Shown here one piece after another: positions 24,169 to 33,725 of a stretch of 59,821 nucleotides of DNA (positions are counted from its first letter, which is position 1; every line of letters begins with the position of its first letter). The DNA comes from Thermoanaerobaculia bacterium. GTDB taxonomy: Bacteria > Acidobacteriota > Thermoanaerobaculia > Gp7-AA8. The notes under the pieces were generated by a model. That model had not been told where the DNA came from and did no database searches. It worked only from the letters and a program-made list of their open reading frames with translations. The DNA is taken from positions 1 to 59,821 of the forward strand of contig DASWBH010000020.1 of assembly GCA_036390755.1 (NCBI GenBank), read 5' to 3'. Position numbers and translations under genes: made by a program.

Positions 24169-26990
24169 TCGACCCAGCGGGCGATGAAGAGATTCGTGAT
24201 GTAGCCGCCCTCGCTCGCGCGGTTTGACGCGAACACCAGCCACTGCCCGTCCGGGCTGAATACCGGGAATCCGTCGAATCCGGGCGAGAACGTGATGCGC
24301 TCCGGCGTGCCGCCGTTCTTCGCGATCACGAACAGATCGAACTCGCGTCCCTGTGAATCGCCGAGGTTCGAAGAGAAGATGATGCGCTTGCCGTCGGGCG
24401 TGAAGTACGGGCAGAAATTCGCCGCTCCGTTCGACGTGATCTGCCGCGCGTTCGAACCGTCGGCATTCGCGACGAACAACTCCATCACGGTCGGCTTGAC
24501 GAGATTGCGCTTCAGCAGATCGCGGTACTCGTCGAGCGCTGCACCGGTCGGGTGATTCGCGCGCCAGACGATCTCCTTGCAATCGGCGCTGTAGAACGCG
24601 CCGCCATCGTAGCCCGGCGTGTTGGTCAGCCGTCGCGTGACGTTGCCGCTCTCGTCCATCTCGTACAGATCGAGATCGCCGTCGCGCATCGACGTGAAGA
24701 TGATCTTCCCGCCCTGATGGCACCACGTCGCCTCGGCGTCGTAGCCGTTGGCCGTGACGATGCGGTGCGCGTTCGAGCCGTCAGGATTCGCAGCATAGAT
24801 GTCGTACGAGGGATACACCGGCCAGACGTATCCATGAGATTTATCCGCGGGCGGCGGACAATCGGGCGATGCCGCCTCGGTCGATGAATAGATGATGCGA
24901 TCGCCTTTGGGATACGAGAAGTAGCCGCAGGTCGTCCGCCCTTTGCCGCTCGACACGAGCCTGGACTCGCCGGTCGTGAGATCGAGAACGTACTGCTGAT
25001 CGCAGCCGCCGCTCGCGCCGTGCGCCTGGTAAATCAGCTTCGTTCCGTCGGGGCTGAAGTAGCCCTCCGCGTTTTCACCGCCGAACGTCAGCTGACGGAT
25101 GTCCTTCAGGTGCTTTTCGCCTTCGAACGTCTTCTCGAACGGCTTGCCCGCGCTGATCGGCTTCGGCGCTGCGGGCTTCGGCTGCTCCGCGGTCGCGCCG
25201 CGCGTGCCGAGCGTCGCGCGCAGATTCACGCGCTCGCCTTTGCGCAGCACCGCGACGTCGACCGTCTCCCCAGGCCTGTGGTCCTGCAGCGCGTACGTCA
25301 TGTCGTAGAGGTTCTCGATCTTCGTTCCGGCCATCGACACGATCGTGTCGCCGCCGCGAATGCCGGCCTTTTCAGCCGGACTTCCCGGACGAACGTCGGC
25401 GAGCTTCACGCCGCCGGTCTCCGCTTCCATCGCGCCGTAATCCGGAACCGTGCCGAGGTATGCGCCGTAGCCGCGGCTGTCGCCTTCCTGCGCTGGAGCA
25501 GCGGACGCGCGCGCGTACTGCGGCGACGTCGTCGCGAGCGCCACGTCGCGCATCACATCCGTCCCGAAATCGACGACGCGGTCGATTCCGGCGTAGTTCA
25601 AGGTATCCGCCTTGTCTTCCGGCGTGTGATAGCGCTCGTGCGCACCGGTGAACAGATGCAGCACCGGGATCCGTGCCGCGTAGAAGCTGGTCTGATCCGA
25701 CGGACCGTAGCCGTCGCCTTTGGACGTGATGTTGAGCTTCGTCGCGACCGTGGCATGCGAGATGACGTTGGGCCATTCCGGCGCCGAGTCGGTGCCGAAG
25801 ACGATCAGCTTGTCATCGCGCATCTGCCCGACCATGTCGAGGTTCACCATCGACACCATGTGCGACACCGGCACCGGCGAATGCGACACGAAATACGCCG
25901 ACCCGCCCAGTCCCACCTCCTCGGCCGAGAAGAGCATGACGAGCACCGTGCGGCGGTCCGGCGCATCGCGCAGCTCGTTCTGCAGCCGCTGCGCGATCGC
26001 GAGCACGGCCGCGGAACCCGACGCGTTGTCGTCCGCTCCGTTGTGTATAGCGTGCACGTTGGGCTTCATCGAGCCGGCGCCGCCATAGCCGAGGTGATCG
26101 TAATGCGCGCCGAGGACGACGATTTCGTCCGCGTGAGAACCACGACCGGGGATGATGCCGGCGAGGTTCTCCGCATGCGCGAAGCTCGCTTCGACGTCGA
26201 CGCTGCCTTCGAGGCGAACTCCGGCCGGCTTCGAGCGCGGCTTCAAATCGGCGTCGACATCCTTCTGAAATTGGGCGAGGTCGATTCCGGCTGACGAAAG
26301 CCACTTCTGCGCGACCGAGGTCTTCACCTGCAGCACCGGAATTCCGGCCGGACTTTCAGGGCCGTCGTTTTTCAGAACGGGAACGCGATCCTTTTCATCC
26401 GCCTGCAGCGGCCCGGTCGTAAAGATCACCGCCGCCGCGCCGCGCTCGCGCGCCTGCAGAACCTTGTAACGCATCGCCGACCAGCGGCTCGGCTTCCGTC
26501 CGTCGAAGATCGACTTCTCGTCTTTCTCCTGCGGTTCGTACCGAAGCATCAGCGCGACTTTGCCTTTCAGGTCGACGCCATCGAGCTCGCGGTAGTTCAG
26601 CGGCGGTGCTTCGATGCCGTAGCCGGTGAAGACGATCTCGCCGGCGAACTTGCCCGGACTGGAGAATCCGAGCGGCGTCCAATCTTCTCTGCTCACGCCC
26701 TGCAGCGAGTTGCTCGGGCCGAGCGACACGCCCGTTTTCACCGGAAACTGCTGACGAAACGACTTGCCGAACGCCGGCTGCAGTCCGATCGCCCGCATGC
26801 GTTTCTCGAGATACGACGCCGAGCGCGCGAGACCTTCAGTTCCGAGGCCGCGGCCTTCCTGTGCGTCGGCGGCGAGGAATTCGACATCGTGTTTGAGTTG
26901 CTGGTTGTCGGTTGCTGGTCGCGGAGGCGCGGCTGCAGCGACGAGCAACAGCAAGAGCGACCAGCGACCAGCAACTAGCAACTTTTTCAT
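24165..26990 (-). CDS. Secreted M28 peptidase with PA and PDZ domains fused to a TolB/PD40 beta-propeller
   Basis: GAHYDHLG, HNGADDNASG, FSAEEVGLGGS, YHTPED; GAYLGTVPDY PDZ; GENAEGYFSPDG, GYDGGAFYS, FDGFPVFSPDG. Confidence 0.88.
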   Translation of the reverse strand: MKKLLVAGRWSLLLLLVAAAAPPRPATDNQQLKHDVEFLAADAQEGRGLGTEGLARSASYLEKRMRAIGLQPAFGKSFRQQFPVKTGVSLGPSNSLQGVSREDWTPLGFSSPGKFAGEIVFTGYGIEAPPLNYRELDGVDLKGKVALMLRYEPQEKDEKSIFDGRKPSRWSAMRYKVLQARERGAAAVIFTTGPLQADEKDRVPVLKNDGPESPAGIPVLQVKTSVAQKWLSSAGIDLAQFQKDVDADLKPRSKPAGVRLEGSVDVEASFAHAENLAGIIPGRGSHADEIVVLGAHYDHLGYGGAGSMKPNVHAIHNGADDNASGSAAVLAIAQRLQNELRDAPDRRTVLVMLFSAEEVGLGGSAYFVSHSPVPVSHMVSMVNLDMVGQMRDDKLIVFGTDSAPEWPNVISHATVATKLNITSKGDGYGPSDQTSFYAARIPVLHLFTGAHERYHTPEDKADTLNYAGIDRVVDFGTDVMRDVALATTSPQYARASAAPAQEGDSRGYGAYLGTVPDYGAMEAETGGVKLADVRPGSPAEKAGIRGGDTIVSMAGTKIENLYDMTYALQDHRPGETVDVAVLRKGERVNLRATLGTRGATAEQPKPAAPKPISAGKPFEKTFEGEKHLKDIRQLTFGGENAEGYFSPDGTKLIYQAHGASGGCDQQYVLDLTTGESRLVSSGKGRTTCGYFSYPKGDRIIYSSTEAASPDCPPPADKSHGYVWPVYPSYDIYAANPDGSNAHRIVTANGYDAEATWCHQGGKIIFTSMRDGDLDLYEMDESGNVTRRLTNTPGYDGGAFYSADCKEIVWRANHPTGAALDEYRDLLKRNLVKPTVMELFVANADGSNARQITSNGAANFCPYFTPDGKRIIFSSNLGDSQGREFDLFVIAKNGGTPERITFSPGFDGFPVFSPDGQWLVFASNRASEGGYITNLFIARWVD
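26896..26983. repeat. Inverted pair of 4-unit heptamer arrays (AGTTGCT-type / AGCAACT-type) within the signal-peptide coding region
   Basis: Units at 26896-26923 and 26956-26983 are approximate reverse complements. Confidence 0.8.
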
Positions 26991-26992
26991 GT

Positions 26993-27967
26993 TCACCATC
27001 CCAGGATGTACGCGAAGATGAGCGGCGCGACGATGGCCGCGTCCGATTCGATGACATGACTCGGCGTGTCGACACCGAGCTTGCCCCACGTGATCTTTTC
27101 GTTCGGCACAGCACCCGAGTACGAGCCGAAACTCGTCGTCGAGTCGCTGATCTGACAGAAGTAGCCCCACAGCGGCACGCTCGTGCGGCGGAGGTCCTGG
27201 TGCAGCATCGGCACGACGCAGATCGGGAAGTCGCCGGCGATGCCGCCGCCGATCTGGAAGAAGCCGATCGACGATTCGCCGGAAATCTTCGTGTACCACT
27301 CGGCGAGCTCGATCATGTACTCGATGCCCGTGCGCACGGTGTGGACGTTCTTCACATCGCCGGAGATGCAGTGGCCCGCGTACATGTTGCCGAGTGTGGA
27401 GTCTTCCCAACCCGGGACGAACATCGGGAGGTTCTTCTCCGCGGCTGCGACCATCCAGCTGTCTTTCGGATCGATCTGGTAGAACTCCTTGATCGATCCG
27501 TCGCGCAGGATCTCGTACATGAATTCGTGCGGGAACAGCCGCTTGCGCTCTCCGTCCTTCTTCTCCCAGTGCCGCAGGACCGCCGTCTCGATCCTGCGCA
27601 TCGCCTCCGCTTCCGGGATGCAGGTGTCGGTGACGCGGTTCATGTGGCGGTCGAGCAGCGCCTTCTCGTCGACCGCGCTCAGATAGCGGTAGTGCGGGAC
27701 GCGCTCGTAGCAGTCGTGAGCGACGAGGTTGAAGATGTCTTCCTCGAGATTCGCGCCGGTGCAGCTGATCGCGTGGACCTTGCCGCGGCGGATCATCTCG
27801 GCCAGTGAGATGCCGAGCTCGGCTGTGGACATCGCGCCGGCCAGCGTCACGAGCATCTTCCCGTTGCGCTCGAGGTGCCGGTTGTAGTCGTCCGCGGCCA
27901 CACGCAACGCGGCGGCGTTGAAGTGACGATAGTGGTGCTGAACGAACTGCGTGATTGGACCGGACAT
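26993..27967 (-). CDS. Deoxyhypusine synthase-like protein
   Basis: LAGAMSTAELG, CTGANLEED, DSTLGN, IGGGIAGDF, SYSGA, ITWGK. Confidence 0.9.
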   Translation of the reverse strand: MSGPITQFVQHHYRHFNAAALRVAADDYNRHLERNGKMLVTLAGAMSTAELGISLAEMIRRGKVHAISCTGANLEEDIFNLVAHDCYERVPHYRYLSAVDEKALLDRHMNRVTDTCIPEAEAMRRIETAVLRHWEKKDGERKRLFPHEFMYEILRDGSIKEFYQIDPKDSWMVAAAEKNLPMFVPGWEDSTLGNMYAGHCISGDVKNVHTVRTGIEYMIELAEWYTKISGESSIGFFQIGGGIAGDFPICVVPMLHQDLRRTSVPLWGYFCQISDSTTSFGSYSGAVPNEKITWGKLGVDTPSHVIESDAAIVAPLIFAYILGW

Positions 27968-28035
27968 GCTCGCTCCTGCAACCGAAGTGGCCGAAGCATC
28001 GTACATGAGGCAGATGTCACATTTCTGTAGAGCGG

Positions 28036-28064
28036 TTGACAGAGCGGCCCGCGCCAGCTATTTT
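28036..28064 (+). promoter_or_regulatory. sigma70 promoter TTGACA-N17-TATTTT for blaI
   Basis: Exact -35 and correct spacing. Confidence 0.7.
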
Positions 28065-28072
28065 TCCAGCAC

Positions 28073-28090
28073 ATGCTAAAAATTTAGCAT
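28073..28090. promoter_or_regulatory. Candidate BlaI operator ATGCTAAA-AA-TTTAGCAT
   Basis: Perfect 8-2-8 palindrome just downstream of the predicted TSS; AT-rich in a high-GC genome. Confidence 0.7.
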
Positions 28091-28109
28091 CAAAGCAGAG
28101 GTCGCCTGA

Positions 28110-28493
28110 ATGCCCAAAGCCGCCGAAGCACTGAGCCGCCGCGAACGCGAAATGATGAACATCATCTTTCGCCACGGCCGGGCCACAGCCACCGAAGTCA
28201 TGGAGCAGATGAACGACGCTCCGAGCTACTCCGCCGTTCGCGCAACGTTGCGCGTTCTCGAGCAGAAGGGACACGTCCGGCATCAGCATGACGGAACGCG
28301 CTACGTCTACATTCCGACGCTGGCGCGGGAGAAAGCGCGCGCGAATGCGCTCGATCAACTCCTCAACACGTTTTTCGACGGATCGGCCGCGAATGTCGTG
28401 GCGACACTCCTGGAAAGAAGAGAACGGCTAACTTCAGAAGAGCTCGAGCGTCTATCGGGCATGATCGACGCCGCACGGCGAGAGGGACGCTGA
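28110..28493 (+). CDS. BlaI/MecI/CopY-family repressor
   Basis: LSRREREMM, SYSAVRATLRVLEQKGHV, FFDGSAANVV. Confidence 0.92.
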   Translation: MPKAAEALSRREREMMNIIFRHGRATATEVMEQMNDAPSYSAVRATLRVLEQKGHVRHQHDGTRYVYIPTLAREKARANALDQLLNTFFDGSAANVVATLLERRERLTSEELERLSGMIDAARREGR

Positions 28494-28494
28494 C

Positions 28495-30840
28495 ATGTCC
28501 ATGATCGAATTTGCTACCCGCGTACAATCCCTCGGCCTCATTCTTCCAGCGCTCCTCGTGCTGCTGAAGGTGACGCTGATCCTCGTGGTCGCGCGCCTTC
28601 TGCTCCTCGCGGTGCCGCACACCTCCGCAGCCGCCAAGCACCTCGGAATCACGCTCGCGCTCTGCAGCGTCATCGCCATTCCGGTCATCGGCATCGCCGT
28701 GCCGGCCTGGCGTCTGGCCGTGTTCCCGGCTCGCTCCGCTACGGCGGCGGCCGAGCAGGCGAAAGTGATCGGCGCGACGGGCGACGAAGACGAAATGCCG
28801 GGCACCGTGGCCACAGCGATCACGGTTGCGAAAGCGGCGCACGTCGTGCCCGCAGAGAAACTCGACGCGCTCTCGCGTGCGGTGGACGCGGTGAAGAGCA
28901 GCTGGCAGGGCTTCCTGCTGATCGCGGTCTCGTCTGTGTCGCTGCTGCTTCTGCTGCGCATGATCGCCGGCGTGGTCGGCGTCGGAGCCGTGGCCCGGCG
29001 CAGCGTCGAGATCACCGATGAAGAATCGCTGCGCGAGCTCGATCGTGCATGCGATTACCTCCGGCTGCCGCGCGAAGTCCACCTGCTCCGCTCCGAGACG
29101 GTGAGCGTGCCTGTCGTGTGGGGCTTCTTCAAACCGATTCTGCTTCTGCCCGGCGGCTCTGTCGAATGGCCTGCCGAACGTCTCCGCGTCGTGCTTCTGC
29201 ACGAGCTCGCGCATGTGAAGCGCTGCGACGGGGTCACGCTCCTCATCACGAAGGCGGCGGTGGCGATGTTCTGGTTCCATCCGCTCGCGTGGTCGCTCGA
29301 GCGGATCGCACGCGCTGAATGCGAGCGCGCGTGCGACGACCTCGTGCTCGACAGCGGGACGAAGCCGTCGGACTACGCCGAGCACCTTCTGTCGATCGCG
29401 AAGACGCTCCCGCGCGTCGACCCGTTCCGAAACGTCACGCTGGCGATGTCGCGCCGCTCGCAGCTCGAAGGCCGCCTCCTCTCGATCCTGCAGCCGCACG
29501 TCCGCCGCGGGAACTTCACTCTGAAGTCGGTGGCGACCGTGGCGGTGCTCTCGATCCTGATGCTGGTCCCGTTCGCGTCGATCCGCCTGGTCGCGGCGCC
29601 GCAGCCGTCTTCCTCGACGGTCACGGTGGTCGCTGACAAGAGCGAGAAGCCGGCCACGTTCGACCTCGAGAAGCTCGTCGATACCTCCAACGTGCTGCTC
29701 GCGAAGTACGACCACCTCGTCAACCGGCGCGCGCCGCAGAGCGGAAAAGAGTGGTACCAGCACGGATACGAGCTGCACAACCACGATCACTTCCGCGAGG
29801 CGATCGAGTCGTTCAAACAGGCAATCGCTCACGGTTATCGCGTCGAAGACTCGATGTACAACATCGCCTGCGGCTACGCGCAGCTCGACGATCCCGTCAA
29901 CGCCGTGACGTGGCTGCGCCAGGCCATCAACGCCGGCTACGACAACTACAGCCACATCGCGTCAGACTCCGACTTCGATCCGATTCGCTCGAACGAAGCG
30001 TTCAAGCAGGTGATGACCGAGGCGCCGGAGCACGAGCGGCACGCGAGCGAGGACCGCCTCGACTCCGCCACGCGCGAGTACCAGGAGCTGCGCAGTCTTC
30101 CTGCCGCCGACGGCGAGGCATGGTTCAGCCTCGGAATGAAGATGCTGCCGCTCCGTCAGTTCGACACGAGCATCGAAGCGTTCAAACAGGCGCTGGCGAA
30201 AGGGTTCAAGCCGGCGACGTCGATGTACAACATCGCCTGCGGTTACGCGCGCAAAGGCGATGTCGCCAGCGGCCTGCAATGGCTGCAGAAGTCGGTCGAA
30301 GAAGGATTCGACTCGGTCGACCACTTCGACGACGACTCGGACCTCGACAACCTTCGCAGCAATCCGCGCTTCGCAGAGATCCGGCGCCTCGCCGAAGATC
30401 TCCGGCTGCAGCCGTCCGACGGCCTGCTCGGCAACATCGCGAACGCAATGTTCAAGAACAACGAGGGATGGGTCGACGCGCTCCCCCGCTTCCGCGCCGC
30501 CACGCAGCAGCACCCGAACCTCGGCCGCCCCTGGTTCAACCTCGGATTCGCGGCGCTGCAGGCCGGCAACAACACCGAGAGCATCAACGCGTTCAAGCGC
30601 GCTCTCGATCTGAACTATCGCGCGCCTACGACGATGTACAACATCGCCTGCGGCTACGCGCGTTCGAATCAGGCCGATGCGGCGATCCAGTGGCTGCAGA
30701 AATCCCGGGCCGCGGGGTTCCAGCTCTCGAACTACATCGATCATGACAACGATCTGGACAACCTGCGTTCGGACGCGCGCTTCCGCGACCTGCGCCGTCA
30801 GGTGAGGGCCGACAAAGAAGCGGAGAAGGACGACAACTAG
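28495..30840 (+). CDS. M56 (BlaR1-like) metallopeptidase with C-terminal TPR repeats
   Basis: VLLHELAHVKRCD, WFHPLAW, ECERACDD; three YNIACGYA...D-D-D-LR modules. Confidence 0.9.
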   Translation: MSMIEFATRVQSLGLILPALLVLLKVTLILVVARLLLLAVPHTSAAAKHLGITLALCSVIAIPVIGIAVPAWRLAVFPARSATAAAEQAKVIGATGDEDEMPGTVATAITVAKAAHVVPAEKLDALSRAVDAVKSSWQGFLLIAVSSVSLLLLLRMIAGVVGVGAVARRSVEITDEESLRELDRACDYLRLPREVHLLRSETVSVPVVWGFFKPILLLPGGSVEWPAERLRVVLLHELAHVKRCDGVTLLITKAAVAMFWFHPLAWSLERIARAECERACDDLVLDSGTKPSDYAEHLLSIAKTLPRVDPFRNVTLAMSRRSQLEGRLLSILQPHVRRGNFTLKSVATVAVLSILMLVPFASIRLVAAPQPSSSTVTVVADKSEKPATFDLEKLVDTSNVLLAKYDHLVNRRAPQSGKEWYQHGYELHNHDHFREAIESFKQAIAHGYRVEDSMYNIACGYAQLDDPVNAVTWLRQAINAGYDNYSHIASDSDFDPIRSNEAFKQVMTEAPEHERHASEDRLDSATREYQELRSLPAADGEAWFSLGMKMLPLRQFDTSIEAFKQALAKGFKPATSMYNIACGYARKGDVASGLQWLQKSVEEGFDSVDHFDDDSDLDNLRSNPRFAEIRRLAEDLRLQPSDGLLGNIANAMFKNNEGWVDALPRFRAATQQHPNLGRPWFNLGFAALQAGNNTESINAFKRALDLNYRAPTTMYNIACGYARSNQADAAIQWLQKSRAAGFQLSNYIDHDNDLDNLRSDARFRDLRRQVRADKEAEKDDN

Positions 30841-31478
30841 GGAACGTAGCTGCGCAGCATCCCGTGCCTGAGGATGCGCGAGATTTCGTGGACCACTTCG
30901 TCAGTTCCTTTGCCGAAGTGGTCCTTCACGCCGAAGAGGATCTCGATCGAGAAGTAGTTGTAGAAAATTCTCGTCGCCAGCATGACCGCTGAGATCGGCG
31001 ACAGTCCTTCCTGCAATCTGCTCTTCAACGGCTCTTCCATCCCGTGCTCTTTTAGGAACGCGTCGAAGCGGTCGGCCATCTCTGCGTAGAACTTCCGGAC
31101 GTGCGAGCCGTCGAACTCGACGACGTCGACGTAAATCAACGCGACGTATTCCCGGTAGTCGCGCACGGTGTCACGCGCCGCGCGTCCGAGAGCTTCGAGA
31201 TTGTCGGGAAACGTGCCTGACGCGAGAGCGCGATTGAACGGGAACTCGGGCGTCGACATCGCCTGGAAATAGCGGTCGAGCAGCGCGCGGAAGATCGTCT
31301 CCTTGTCCGGGAAATGGTGGTAGACGTTTCCCTTCGACAACCCGGCTTCTTCAGCGATGTCCCGGACGCTCGTCGCGCCATACCCGCGATGCGAGAACCA
31401 TTTCAGCGCGGCGTCGAGGATCTGCTGGCGGCTGCGCTCCGAACGCTCGCCCTGCGTCTGCGGAGGTCGTTTCACCAT
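30837..31478 (-). CDS. TetR/AcrR-family regulator
   Basis: ILDAALKWFSHRGYGATSVRDIAEEAGLSKGNVYHHFPDKE. Confidence 0.93.
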   Translation of the reverse strand: MVKRPPQTQGERSERSRQQILDAALKWFSHRGYGATSVRDIAEEAGLSKGNVYHHFPDKETIFRALLDRYFQAMSTPEFPFNRALASGTFPDNLEALGRAARDTVRDYREYVALIYVDVVEFDGSHVRKFYAEMADRFDAFLKEHGMEEPLKSRLQEGLSPISAVMLATRIFYNYFSIEILFGVKDHFGKGTDEVVHEISRILRHGMLRSYVP

Positions 31479-31488
31479 CACTCGCGGT

Positions 31489-32949
31489 TCAGAATAGCTG
31501 GTCACGAAGTTTTCCCTTCTCGACTTTTCCGTACGGCGTGCGAGGCAGCACGTCGACGAACACGAACTGCTTCGGCACCTTGTATTTCGAAATGCGCAAC
31601 GTGAGATAGGAGCCCAGGTCGGCCGGGGAGACGTCGTGCGCGACGACGAAGGCGACGCCGACTTCGCCCCACGTCTCGTCCGGAATGGCAACGACGGCAG
31701 CATCGCTGACGGCCGGATGCTGCACGAGCTCCGCTTCGATCTCGGCCGGATAGACGTTCACTCCACCCGTGATGAACATCTCTTTCCGCCTGCCTGCGAT
31801 GTAGAAGAAGCCGTCCTCATCCCGGCGCGCCAGGTCGCCCGTCCGGAACCAGCCATCGTGGCTGTACGCATCGTTCGTCGCGGCCTCGTTCTGCCAATAG
31901 CCGAGGCTGACGTGAGGGCCGCGGATGTACATCTCGCCGATCTCGTCGGTCTTCACTTCGCGACCTTCGCTGTCGAGCAAGCGGACATCGGTGAACATCA
32001 TCGGCCTGCCGATCGAGCCCGGCTTCCGATACGAGTCGCCGACGCTCATCGTGAAGCAGTTCACGCCGACCTCGGTCATGCCGTAGCCCTGTTTGAACAC
32101 GACGCCGCGCTCCTGATACGCGTCGATGATGTACGCGGGAAGCGGCGCGCCGCCGCTGATGAACCAGCGCACGTGATCGAGCCGCGCAGTTGCGAACTCC
32201 GGCGCGTCCATCAACATCTTCCAGATCGTCGGAACGCCCAGGACGACCGTGCATCGCTCGCGCTCGATCGTCCGCCAGATCTCGGTGACATCGAAGCTCT
32301 TGTGCAGGACGACGGTGCCGCCCGCGCAGAAGATCGGAATCAGGAACGCGGCAAGTCCGCCGGCGTGGTACATCGGCGTGAAGACCGGGCTGACGTCGTC
32401 GTCGCGCAGCCCCCAGTTCATCACCGTGTTGTAGCCGTTCCAGAGCAACTGCCGGCGCGGAATCATCACACCTTTCGGCTTGCCCGTCGTACCGCTCGTG
32501 TAGAGCAGGCAGTGAACGTTTTCCCCCTCTCCCGCGCGCGGGAGAGGGTGGCGCGAAGCGCCGGGTGAGGGCACGGTTAACGGTTGACGGTTAACGGTTA
32601 ACGAAGCGGAGATGGCGGCGAACTCCGGCCCATACCAGAGTGCTTTCATGGCGCAGTCTTCGACAACGTGCTCCAGCTCGTGCGCCGTCGCGCGCGTCGA
32701 GAGCGGAACGACGATCGCCCCTGTGCGTGCCGCGGCGAAGAAGAACGCCAAGTAGTCGGCGCAGTTGTGCGCCAGAATTCCGTAGCGATCGCCCGCGCCG
32801 ACTCCGGCAGCGCGAATCGCCGCTGCGGCGCGTTCGGTGCGCTCGTGGAGGTGCGCGTAGGTCAGGCGCTCGCCGGTTGCGATCTCGATGATCGCGATTT
32901 TTTCCGGCGTGATGCGCGCCCGCTCCGCTATGAGGTCGCCATCAAACAT
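31489..32949 (-). CDS. Acyl-CoA synthetase / AMP-binding enzyme
   Basis: YTSGTTGKPKG, QGYGMTE, TGDLA, GRRKEM; start MFDGDLIAERA at 32949. Confidence 0.92.
   Translation of the reverse strand: MFDGDLIAERARITPEKIAIIEIATGERLTYAHLHERTERAAAAIRAAGVGAGDRYGILAHNCADYLAFFFAAARTGAIVVPLSTRATAHELEHVVEDCAMKALWYGPEFAAISASLTVNRQPLTVPSPGASRHPLPRAGEGENVHCLLYTSGTTGKPKGVMIPRRQLLWNGYNTVMNWGLRDDDVSPVFTPMYHAGGLAAFLIPIFCAGGTVVLHKSFDVTEIWRTIERERCTVVLGVPTIWKMLMDAPEFATARLDHVRWFISGGAPLPAYIIDAYQERGVVFKQGYGMTEVGVNCFTMSVGDSYRKPGSIGRPMMFTDVRLLDSEGREVKTDEIGEMYIRGPHVSLGYWQNEAATNDAYSHDGWFRTGDLARRDEDGFFYIAGRRKEMFITGGVNVYPAEIEAELVQHPAVSDAAVVAIPDETWGEVGVAFVVAHDVSPADLGSYLTLRISKYKVPKQFVFVDVLPRTPYGKVEKGKLRDQLF
32525..32600. repeat. 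REP-like palindrome plus (ACGGTTA)x4 array, in frame in the acyl-CoA synthetase
   Basis: CCCTCTCCC-GCGCGC-GGGAGAGGG, GGCGC-GAA-GCGCC, GGGTGAGGG at 32525-32571; heptamers at 32573-32600. Confidence 0.85.
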
Positions 32950-33725
32950 TCGACGAATCGCTCCGGCTGCTGCAGATGCGGAACGTGCGCGGCCGCGTTG
33001 ATGACGCTCAGCTTCGCTCCGGCGATCCCCTTCTGCAGCGCTTCCGCATACGCGAGCGGCAGAACGCCGTCGTCCGCGCCCCATACCAGCGTCGTCGGCG
33101 CGCTGATCAGCGACAGCCGCGAGTCGACGAAGCTCTGCATCGCGCCAGTGAGACGAAGCATCGGCGAATCGCTCGATCGCAGCAGCAGCGAGTCGATCAC
33201 CCAATCCTGCGGCACGTAATTCGGACCGTGCACGGCGCGAAGAATCGTCATCGCCGTGGCGCGGTCGCCGGCGGTCAGCGGAACGGCGAGCGGTCTGGCC
33301 AGCCCTCCACCCGATTCCAGCACGAGTCGTTTGACGCGGCCGGGATGCGCGAGCGTGTACAGGATCGCGATCCACGCACCAAACGAGTTGCCGGCCAGCA
33401 CGATGTTGTCGGCGTGCTCGCGATCGAGGACGCGATGCAACTGGTCGACGACGAGCGAGAACGGAATCGGGCCGCTCTTCGGATCGCTGTCGCCGTGGCC
33501 AGCGAGATCGGGAATGATCAGTCGGTACTTTCCTGCCAGCAGCGGCGCGACGCGCGCCCACGTGCCTGCCTGATCGTTCGTGCCGTGCAGGAGCACGAGC
33601 GCCTCCGTTCCCTTGCCTCCCACCCAGTACACCGAGCCGGAAAACTGTTCGCGCGCGAGGCCCGACGCATTGAGCATCGCCCGCATCGTGCGAATCAGTT
33701 CCACTGCGGGATCAGTTGCGCTCAT
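32928..33725 (-). CDS. Alpha/beta hydrolase
   Basis: LLHGT, PDLAGHGDS, GNSFG nucleophile elbow, WGADD, AAHVPH. Confidence 0.9.
   Translation of the reverse strand: MSATDPAVELIRTMRAMLNASGLAREQFSGSVYWVGGKGTEALVLLHGTNDQAGTWARVAPLLAGKYRLIIPDLAGHGDSDPKSGPIPFSLVVDQLHRVLDREHADNIVLAGNSFGAWIAILYTLAHPGRVKRLVLESGGGLARPLAVPLTAGDRATAMTILRAVHGPNYVPQDWVIDSLLLRSSDSPMLRLTGAMQSFVDSRLSLISAPTTLVWGADDGVLPLAYAEALQKGIAGAKLSVINAAAHVPHLQQPERFVECLMATS

Noticed and set aside
24165-27410. 1081-aa version of the peptidase gene
   Set aside because: First 140 codons overlap the DHS-like gene; the signal peptide begins at 26990
31489-33561. 690-aa ORF read as a hydrolase-ligase fusion
   Set aside because: The hydrolase is in another frame (32928-33725); the ligase starts at 32949 with a 22-nt overlap
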